From: Roseibacillus sp.
GTDB taxonomy: Bacteria; Verrucomicrobiota; Verrucomicrobiia; Verrucomicrobiales; Akkermansiaceae
DNA length: 64,000 nt
Assembly: GCA_051251855.1 (NCBI GenBank)
Contig: JBPOGI010000001.1
Span: forward strand, 512,001 to 576,000
Reading direction: 5' to 3'
Part shown: piece after piece, positions 47,155 through 54,742 of the stretch
How the letters are laid out: each line of letters begins with the position of its first letter
Numbering within the stretch: the stretch's first letter is position 1
Notes under the pieces: model-generated
What the model saw: only the letters and a program-made list of their open reading frames with translations
Told to the model about the DNA's origin: nothing
Databases searched by the model: none
Position numbers and translations under genes: made by a program

Positions 47155-48566
47155 TGATGAAGGCTTCAGCGCTTTCGAAAATTGTAATAGCGCTGGGGCT
47201 TTGTTTGTTTGCGAAGGCGGGTGCGGAACCCGAGAAGCCTAATGTCGTTCTTATTATGGCGGATGACGTCAGCTGGGAGGCTTTTGGTTGTTATGGGGCG
47301 GTGGATTATGAAACGCCTAATCTCGATCGTTTGGCGGCGGAGGGGGTGCGATTTGAGCACTGTTATTCCACCCCGATTTGCACCACTTCGCGGGTGATGC
47401 TCATGACTGGAGAAGAGAACTTTCGGAACTATACTCATTTCGGTTACCTCGATCCTGAGGAGAAGACGATTGGTCACCTCATGAAGGAGGCAGGCTACAA
47501 GACCGCGATTGCGGGTAAGTGGCAGTTGAGCGGCCTTTATAACAAAGACGAGTTCGCGGACCATCAAGATGTCACGCGTCCGAATCGGGCGGGTTTCGAT
47601 GAGTATTGCCTTTGGCAGCTGACGAAGGGGAAGGAGCTCGGGGAACGCTTTTGGAGTCCGCCCTTAGAGAAGAATGGGGAATTTCTGACAGCGGAAGAGA
47701 ATCAGGGAAAGTATGGTCCGGATCTCTTTCGTGATTTTATCTGTGATTTCATGGAGCGAAATCGAGAGGAGCCTTTCTTTGTCTACTATCCGATGGTGCT
47801 GGTTCACGATCCTTTTTTACCAACACCTGATAGTATTGGTGAGTCCGGCCTAGGTAAGGGGAGCAAGAAGGGGACAGGGAAACAGAGCGTAGAAGTGAAA
47901 AAGCGCAACTTCGTCGCGATGGTTCGATATATGGACAAAATTGTGGGACAGATTTTTGATAAGATCGATGAACTTGGCGAGCTCGAGAACACTCTCATTC
48001 TTTTTACGGCGGATAATGGTACTGACCGAAGGATCACCTCAAATTGGAATGGGCGTAGCATCCGAGGAGGAAAGGGAGGGATGAAGAATAGCGGAACTCA
48101 TGTGCCTTTGATTGCTTTTTGGAAAGGGCAGTCGGAGCAGGGACTCGAGTGTCAGGACTTGGTTCAGTTTAATGACTTCTACCCTACTCTTGCGGAGCTG
48201 GCAGGGCTCGAGCTTGATGAAGACGATCCCAAGAGTGGGCAGAGCTTTTTGCCTCAGGTTTTGGGGGAGGAGGGGGAGTCCCGTCAGTTTGTGCTTTGCC
48301 ATTACCAGCCTTATTGGGGAGCGAGCGTGAATGCAGGAGCTTTCGTGCGAACGGAGCGCTTCAAGCTCTATGACGATGGTCGCTTCTACGACGTGTCTCA
48401 TGATTTGGAAGAAGAGAAGAATTTCGCAGAGGCTCTTGAAGGGGAGGAGGTCATCGAGGCTTACCAGTATCTTTCGAAGCTCATTGAAAAAATTCCTCCG
48501 GTGCCGAAAGGTAGTAGAAAGAGTCGAAATCGGCCCGTTCATGCTGATTGGCCACTTGTGAAATAA
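47154..48566 (+). CDS. S1 sulfatase with a non-canonical CTTSR motif (secreted)
   Basis: [45 protein letters not shown] coupling to the upstream gene. Confidence 0.92.
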   Translation: MMKASALSKIVIALGLCLFAKAGAEPEKPNVVLIMADDVSWEAFGCYGAVDYETPNLDRLAAEGVRFEHCYSTPICTTSRVMLMTGEENFRNYTHFGYLDPEEKTIGHLMKEAGYKTAIAGKWQLSGLYNKDEFADHQDVTRPNRAGFDEYCLWQLTKGKELGERFWSPPLEKNGEFLTAEENQGKYGPDLFRDFICDFMERNREEPFFVYYPMVLVHDPFLPTPDSIGESGLGKGSKKGTGKQSVEVKKRNFVAMVRYMDKIVGQIFDKIDELGELENTLILFTADNGTDRRITSNWNGRSIRGGKGGMKNSGTHVPLIAFWKGQSEQGLECQDLVQFNDFYPTLAELAGLELDEDDPKSGQSFLPQVLGEEGESRQFVLCHYQPYWGASVNAGAFVRTERFKLYDDGRFYDVSHDLEEEKNFAEALEGEEVIEAYQYLSKLIEKIPPVPKGSRKSRNRPVHADWPLVK

Positions 48567-48570
48567 CTTT

Positions 48571-50112
48571 ATGAAAATGTATTCAATCCTTCAAAGTCCT
48601 CAGAAAATGGCGGCGCTCGTTGTTGTGGGCTTTATTAGCTTAAGCAGCGCAGGGGCGGCAGAGCGGCCTAATATTATTTATCTGATGGCGGATGATCAGA
48701 ATATCTTGTCGGTGGGTGCATACGGTAATGATGAGGTGCAGACCCCGGAGATGGATAAGCTGGCGGCGGAGGGAGTGACCTTTGACCGGCACTACAATAC
48801 CACTGCGATTTGTATGGCGAGTCGAGGGAACGTTTTCACCGGAATGTATGAATACCGGACGGGCACGAACTTCAATCATGGCGATATGAAGCCTGAGATT
48901 TGGGCGAAGACTTATCCCGTGCTCTTGCGTGAGGCGGGGTATTTTACGGGGTTTGCTGGCAAGTTTGGGATGGATGTCATTGGTTTGGGCGAGGGGAAGA
49001 AGAATGCTGGGCTGCCAGCAGAAGACTTTGATGTTTGGGCTGGTTCTCCTGGGCAGACCTCCTATGCGACCAGGCAGAACGAATCGATGAGGAAGTATGC
49101 GGAGAAGTATCCTCACTCGACTTTGTCCTATGGTGCCTTTGGGCAGGATTTCATTCGTGAGGCGGCGAAGCAGGAGAAGCCCTTTTGCTTGTCGATTAGC
49201 TTTAAGGCTCCTCATCAGCCGACGACGCCAGACCCTCGGTTTGACGATGTCTACAAGGGGAAGACGTTCACTAAACCCGAGAATTATGGTCGCGAAAAGG
49301 GCGAGCACCTCTCGCCGCAAAGTAAGATGGGGCGTCAGTATGAACGCTTTATCTCTTGGAAATACGACAGCGATTACGACCGAGTGATGGCGACCTATTA
49401 CCAACAGGTGTATGGAATTGATGTTGCGGTTGGGATGATTCGTGAGGAGCTGGAGGCGCAGGGGTTGGCTGATAATACGGTCATTATTTATACCAGTGAC
49501 AATGGTTTTATTTGCGGTTCTCACGGATATGGTTCGAAGGTGTTACCGATGGAAGAATCTTCTCGTGCGCCTCTGATGATTGTGGACCCACGCAGTTCTT
49601 CGGCAGGGAAGAAGCTTCGAAGTGGGGTCTTGACTGGCAATGTGGACTTTATGCCAACCATTATGGAGTTGGCAGGTTTGCCTGTTCCGGATGGGCTGGA
49701 TGGAGTGAGCCTTTTGCCTTTGTTAGAGGAGCCAGATAAGGACCTTCGAGAGGAAATGGCGTTCATCAATGTTTATGGGCCCGATCCAACTAAGTCCCTC
49801 ACTGTTTTGACCAAGACGGTGAAGTATACTTATTGGTGGTTTGGAAGTGAGGAGATGGAGCCGGCGGAGGAGCTCTTTGACTTGGCTGAGGATCCTCTTG
49901 AGTTGACGAATCTAGCAGGAAGTGAAGAGGCGGCGGCCAAGCTGGAGGTGATGCGTCAGGAGTATGATAGACAGCTGGCTCTCTGGAAAAAGCATGCCGA
50001 TAAGGAAGGCGCCTACGCAAAGTATGGCACTCTCTTTGACCGCTCCATTCCTTGGCAGGAGAAGACGAAACTTATGAAGCGAAAACGCAAAGCTGAAAAG
50101 GCTTCGCGGTAG
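48571..50112 (+). CDS. S1 sulfatase with a CMASR motif (secreted)
   Basis: [60 protein letters not shown]. Confidence 0.92.
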   Translation: MKMYSILQSPQKMAALVVVGFISLSSAGAAERPNIIYLMADDQNILSVGAYGNDEVQTPEMDKLAAEGVTFDRHYNTTAICMASRGNVFTGMYEYRTGTNFNHGDMKPEIWAKTYPVLLREAGYFTGFAGKFGMDVIGLGEGKKNAGLPAEDFDVWAGSPGQTSYATRQNESMRKYAEKYPHSTLSYGAFGQDFIREAAKQEKPFCLSISFKAPHQPTTPDPRFDDVYKGKTFTKPENYGREKGEHLSPQSKMGRQYERFISWKYDSDYDRVMATYYQQVYGIDVAVGMIREELEAQGLADNTVIIYTSDNGFICGSHGYGSKVLPMEESSRAPLMIVDPRSSSAGKKLRSGVLTGNVDFMPTIMELAGLPVPDGLDGVSLLPLLEEPDKDLREEMAFINVYGPDPTKSLTVLTKTVKYTYWWFGSEEMEPAEELFDLAEDPLELTNLAGSEEAAAKLEVMRQEYDRQLALWKKHADKEGAYAKYGTLFDRSIPWQEKTKLMKRKRKAEKASR

Positions 50113-50248
50113 GATGCAGGCGGGAGTGAGATAGGGGTGACGCTTTCACTATGGACTAGGTGATTGTGGAGGCTGTAGCTGGTTAGTGGCTTCTCACTCT
50201 GTTTTTTCTGTCGCTCTCTTATCGAGCAAGCATTGCTCCTCTCGGTTG

Positions 50249-50310
50249 CGCTTTGGTTGGGAGGCGTCCACCCCAAAGCGGCAGCAAGCTGCGCGCGCTC
50301 GAAATCGAGC
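50249..50310. repeat. Cluster of short palindromes (degenerate REP-like) at the right edge of the island
   Basis: CGCTTTGG (50249-56)...CCAAAGCG (50273-80), then GCAGC-AA-GCTGC and GCTCGA-AA-TCGAGC. Confidence 0.5.
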
Positions 50311-50322
50311 TTTGGGCTTTCT

Positions 50323-51309
50323 CTAGGTCAGTTTGAGACTTGCGAGGTCTTGAGAATCGACGAGCCCAAGGACTCGGTTACTGGTGTCGTCGAGTACGAT
50401 AAGGTCATCGATGTTTCGTTCGCTGACAATGCGGACAGCTTCGGCTGCAAGGGCGTTGGCAGAGATAGAGATGGGGTTGACCGTCATTAAGGCGGAGACG
50501 GATTGATTGCCAATGTCGGGGTTGGATTGAAAGGAGCGCGCGAAGTCTCCGTGGGTGAAGATACCGGCCAGAGATTCGTCGGGATTGAGAATGATGGCTG
50601 CTCCTGACTTGGCCTTTGTCATGGCGGTGAGGGTTTCGAAAACGGTATGGGTAGGAGTGGCGGTGGCGAGGCGCTCACCGGTTCGCATGATTTCGCCAAC
50701 GGTGGTTAGGAGGGCGCGACCGAGCGAGCCGCCGGGATGGAATTGAGCAAAGTCTTCGGCGGTGAATCCGCGGGCGTTCATGAGAGTCATTGCAATAGCA
50801 TCGCCAGCAACCAACATGGTGGTAGAGGAGGAGGTGGGGGCGAGTTCGAGCGGGCAGGCTTCGCGAGGAACTGAGGTGTCGATGGTGTGGTCGGCGTGGG
50901 TCGCGAGCGTGGAGGCTGGCTTTCCGGTGAGGGCGATGAGGGTGGCCGAGCGACGTTTGAGATAGGGGAGAAGATCGAGAAGTTCGCTGGTTTCTCCTGA
51001 GTAGGATAGAGCAATGACGGCGTCGCCTTCCGAGAGGAGGCCTAGGTCGCCATGGAGGGCGTTTTGAGAATGGAGGACGACTGCAGGAGAGCCTGTCGAG
51101 GTGAGGGTAGCCGCGATTTTGTGGGCTATGTTGCCGGACTTTCCAATGCCTACGAGAACGATTTTTTTGCCACTGTTGACGATAGGTAGAAGATCTTCAA
51201 CTGCTGTGACGAAGGTTTCATCAAGTCGGTCTCCGAAATTCTGCAGGGCTTCGCTCTCAAGTCGAATGACTTGGCGGGCGGTGGAAAGGTGGTCGCTCAC
51301 GAGGACCAT
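50323..51309 (-). CDS. kdsD: Arabinose-5-phosphate isomerase, KpsF/GutQ family (SIS + 2 CBS)
   Basis: GIGKSGNIA.KIAATLTSTG, ALHGDLG, SYSGET, EACPLELAPTSS, FHPGGSLG, CBS pair. Confidence 0.93.
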   Translation of the reverse strand: MVLVSDHLSTARQVIRLESEALQNFGDRLDETFVTAVEDLLPIVNSGKKIVLVGIGKSGNIAHKIAATLTSTGSPAVVLHSQNALHGDLGLLSEGDAVIALSYSGETSELLDLLPYLKRRSATLIALTGKPASTLATHADHTIDTSVPREACPLELAPTSSSTTMLVAGDAIAMTLMNARGFTAEDFAQFHPGGSLGRALLTTVGEIMRTGERLATATPTHTVFETLTAMTKAKSGAAIILNPDESLAGIFTHGDFARSFQSNPDIGNQSVSALMTVNPISISANALAAEAVRIVSERNIDDLIVLDDTSNRVLGLVDSQDLASLKLT

Positions 51310-51390
51310 TCAAGCGGGTAGAAGGGCGAAGCGCAAAGGTCCTTTCGGTCTTATCGAGCAGTGGGGGAGGAGTTGGTGCTCCGCGCGTCT

Positions 51391-53028
51391 TTAATCCATG
51401 GAGATGGTCTTGGGCCACCCTGAGAATTGTTTGGCGTCGGGTTGGGTTACGTCGGAGAAGCGCGGCCAGCACTCGAAAGTGACATCTTGCTCGTCTTTGT
51501 GGAAGCGGATGATTCCCCAGCCGTCGGCGCGGCCTTGCATGTTCTTTTTCGATCTGTCTTCGTCTGGATTGGCATAGGCATGCATGGTGACTTTGTTGTT
51601 AAAGCCATCCATGTAGTCACCGACCCAAGGAAGAGTGGAGCCTTCGGGAGCATTGGGACCAGCCTTCTCGTCCTCGGGCCACCACCAGCGTCCGTAGTAG
51701 CTGTTTACGATGGCGGGAACAACGAAGGCCCAAGGACCGTCGCTGTAGTCGTCGATGCCATGCTGGATGAGGGTGGCGAGGTGTTGGTCGCCAGCGATGT
51801 GAACGGCGTTGGCCTTTTTGATGAGTTTGAGAGCGTTGTTACGTCCAGTCTGGGGCCATCCGTTAGAGTCCATGTCGGCATGGAGGCGGTTCTCGGGCTT
51901 GCCGTGTAAGTGGGCGCCGCCGCAGAAGCCAGTCTGCGAGAGAACGGCCTTCATGGAGATGCCGTCGGTGTTGTCGGCCCAATCTTCCAAGAAGAAGAGT
52001 TGGCGGTCGCCGAGAAGTTTGAGGCCTGGAACGTCGACGACGGTAGGATCATACTCGGGGTCACGAATGTGGTCGGGGCGAGGCCCCTTCATGGGATGGC
52101 GGCCCATGGGACCGGTCTTGAATTTGCGGTCCTCGAGAATCGCGAAGTCGATCCCTCCTAAGATGAGATTTGTGTAGTAGACTCCAATGCCTTGTTCGAT
52201 GGGAGTGGCATCATAGGGATCGGGGAGGTGTGCGCATTGTTGGCGCTCGACCATTTTGACGTATTCAGGGTGAAAGACGTAGCCGCCATCATGACCGACC
52301 TTGGTCGTCGACTTCTTTCCATTCTCTCCCCAAAGGTTGCCTTGCCCAATATCATGGTCATCGGGAATGGTGATGCAGGGACGAGTGCGGAAGAGCTCTT
52401 TGAAGGCGAGTCCGAACTTGAGCCAGGCGGCAGTGTGCTCCTTGTGATCGTATGACTGGTCACCCGCGAAGAAAACGAGGTCGGGGTCTTGAGCGCTGAT
52501 GTTGCGGGTGTATTCTTCGCGAAGACCTCGGTCTCTGTTTGAGTTGCAAGAAAGAGCAGCCAGCACGATCTCTTTCTTATCAGTCGGATCTTTGCGGATG
52601 AGTCCTTCGAAAGTGGCTTTTTCGCCATGGAGGAGACGGTATTTTATGTCTTTGTCCATTTCCCACTCTTCGATGCGGAAGGCGGTGGACCAGCCGAAGT
52701 CACTGACTTCTTGTTTGCCAATTTCAACCCACTTGCCATCGCGATCGACTTCGAGGCGAACGACGCGGGTTTCTTTAGGGTAAAGGGGATAGAGCTGGGC
52801 TGAGAGCTTGAGGATACCGTTGTGGGTGGTGTAGATACCAAAGGCGATTGTCTGATCGCGTGGGACCTTGAGGTCGATGATGGGAGACTCCTTCCTGTTC
52901 CACCAATCATTGGTGGCGAGGGAGTCTTCGCCCATCTCGAAAGGGGCAGTCACGGGCGGTTCGCCGTATTCGTCGGCATAGAGAAGTCCTGCGGTGAGCA
53001 GAATGAGAGTGGAGGGAAGTACCTTCAT
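51391..53028 (-). CDS. Secreted PhoD-like metallophosphatase
   Basis: Signal peptide; DPDLVFFAGDQSY, PDDHD, EDRKFK, LLGDRQ, DSNGWP, AGDQH. Confidence 0.8.
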   Translation of the reverse strand: MKVLPSTLILLTAGLLYADEYGEPPVTAPFEMGEDSLATNDWWNRKESPIIDLKVPRDQTIAFGIYTTHNGILKLSAQLYPLYPKETRVVRLEVDRDGKWVEIGKQEVSDFGWSTAFRIEEWEMDKDIKYRLLHGEKATFEGLIRKDPTDKKEIVLAALSCNSNRDRGLREEYTRNISAQDPDLVFFAGDQSYDHKEHTAAWLKFGLAFKELFRTRPCITIPDDHDIGQGNLWGENGKKSTTKVGHDGGYVFHPEYVKMVERQQCAHLPDPYDATPIEQGIGVYYTNLILGGIDFAILEDRKFKTGPMGRHPMKGPRPDHIRDPEYDPTVVDVPGLKLLGDRQLFFLEDWADNTDGISMKAVLSQTGFCGGAHLHGKPENRLHADMDSNGWPQTGRNNALKLIKKANAVHIAGDQHLATLIQHGIDDYSDGPWAFVVPAIVNSYYGRWWWPEDEKAGPNAPEGSTLPWVGDYMDGFNNKVTMHAYANPDEDRSKKNMQGRADGWGIIRFHKDEQDVTFECWPRFSDVTQPDAKQFSGWPKTISMD

Positions 53029-53194
53029 ATAGCTAAGAACGTTGACAGTAGGGGGAAAACTAACGAGAAAATTCGTTTTTTTACTAAAGTGGCTTTGTTG
53101 TTACCGCGGGGTACAGTTTCAGGGTCACTTACTGGTGACGATTGAAGACGAAAAAAAGCGTGAGAAATTTGAGATTGGCCGTTGAATGAGGGTG

Positions 53195-53599
53195 ATGAGT
53201 CGTAAAAAGAAAAAAGAGTTTCGTGGCGAGGACCCGTCACCACTTCCGAATGCTTTTGGGGCTTTGGACGGGCTTGGTGATTTGCCATCGGGACCGGCGG
53301 GGGAGCTTCCTGAGGTATCCGGAAAAGCTTCCAAGCGAGGTCAAAAGAATATGAGTCGCGGTCGCGTCGATATCATTCGGCAAACGGCTCATCGTGGTGG
53401 CAAAGCGGTCACCATTGTGAGTAACTTTACCGGTATTGGTTTGCCCGAGAAGCAAGCTCTGGCAAAGAAGATTCAGAAATCCTGTGGGGTCGGAGGAACG
53501 GTGAAAGATGGTTGCATTGAAATTCAGGGCGACAAACGAGACGAGGTGAAGCGCATTCTCACTGAGGCCGGCTTTCAACCGGTTTTTTCGGGCGGTTAG
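53195..53599 (+). CDS. Translation initiation factor SUI1/YciH family protein
   Basis: RGGKAVTIV...KKIQKSCGVGGTVKDGCIEIQGD. Confidence 0.9.
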   Translation: MSRKKKKEFRGEDPSPLPNAFGALDGLGDLPSGPAGELPEVSGKASKRGQKNMSRGRVDIIRQTAHRGGKAVTIVSNFTGIGLPEKQALAKKIQKSCGVGGTVKDGCIEIQGDKRDEVKRILTEAGFQPVFSGG

Positions 53600-53827
53600 A
53601 TTTTCATTTTATACAGATATTTTAGGTCTTCAGCCGTAAATATTTATAATGTGGGTTTGTGATAGGAAGTGGTGTGCGATTCAAGGTTGCGCACGAAGGA
53701 TGATTCTAACTAGCCTACAGAACGATAAATATTATCGAGAACACTGACGTTAGGATTGGAGAGCCTTCGGTCCTTCATCGGTCAGAGGCTCTTGATTCTC
53801 TTGAAACTTACTCAGCTGCTGAAAATC

Positions 53828-54652
53828 ATGAAAAACACCTTCTTCTTTCTCACCCCACTGAGTCTCCTTGTTGTCGGTCTCACTAGTGACGCCGCCATTC
53901 TTGCAGGTTATGATTTCGATGATGGAACTGGAGCACATGGGCCTACGCATGATCTTAGCGCAGTCCCAGCAGTCTTTGATGCGGGCACTCTTGTTGGGAC
54001 TTTAACTGCGACAGTTTCGGATGCTCAAGTGACGGCGAGCAGTTTTGGGACTGGAAGTGGTCTGAGCAACCTTATCAATCTTAGTAATGGGAATAGCAAC
54101 TTCAGCGACCTCGATGCGGAAGGAAATGTTTTTGGTTCGGCCAATGGAGTTGAGTTCGGAGGCGCTCGCAATGCTTTTGGTTTCACCGACATGAACAATG
54201 CTAACAACCTAGGGTTAGCGATTACTAACAATGACTACATGACCTTTTCGGTGACGCCAGATGCGGGCTCTCAGCTAGGGCTCTCGAGCTTCACCTTTCG
54301 GACTCGCTCCAATCAATCAGGGAATTCAGCCGAACGTTGGGCGCTGTTCTCCTCTGTGGACGGTTTTACCACGGGCAACCAAATCACTGCTGGTCGCACA
54401 ACCAATATAGGGACTTGGGGAGGGGCTACTAACAGTGTGGTTGTTGATTTGTCGGCAGCAAGCCTTCAGGACCTGACGGGGACTACCGAATTTCGACTTT
54501 ATATCTATGGTGGCAACAATGCCGGTAGCTCTGCGACCTTGTTCGATAAAGTGATTTTGAATGGTGCGGTTACGCCGATTCCCGAGCCCAGTTCACTGAT
54601 TCTGTTGGGACTTGGCCTCAGCGGTGTGACGTTTATTCGTCGCCGAAAGTAA
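53828..54652 (+). CDS. PEP-CTERM sorting domain surface protein
   Basis: Signal peptide ending SDA|A; C-terminus PIPEPSSLILLGLGLSGVTFIRRRK. Confidence 0.95.
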   Translation: MKNTFFFLTPLSLLVVGLTSDAAILAGYDFDDGTGAHGPTHDLSAVPAVFDAGTLVGTLTATVSDAQVTASSFGTGSGLSNLINLSNGNSNFSDLDAEGNVFGSANGVEFGGARNAFGFTDMNNANNLGLAITNNDYMTFSVTPDAGSQLGLSSFTFRTRSNQSGNSAERWALFSSVDGFTTGNQITAGRTTNIGTWGGATNSVVVDLSAASLQDLTGTTEFRLYIYGGNNAGSSATLFDKVILNGAVTPIPEPSSLILLGLGLSGVTFIRRRK

Positions 54653-54742
54653 TCCGATTTTTGTTGGCTATCTGGCCTCGTGATCCCCCTTTAGCTTCCT
54701 TCGAAATTAAGCGTGTTCTAGCAATTGAAAATATCCAGACCC

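Noticed and set aside
15227..50112. Island as a mobile element (ICE, prophage or transposon)
   Set aside because: I saw no integrase, transposase, tRNA target or flanking direct repeats.
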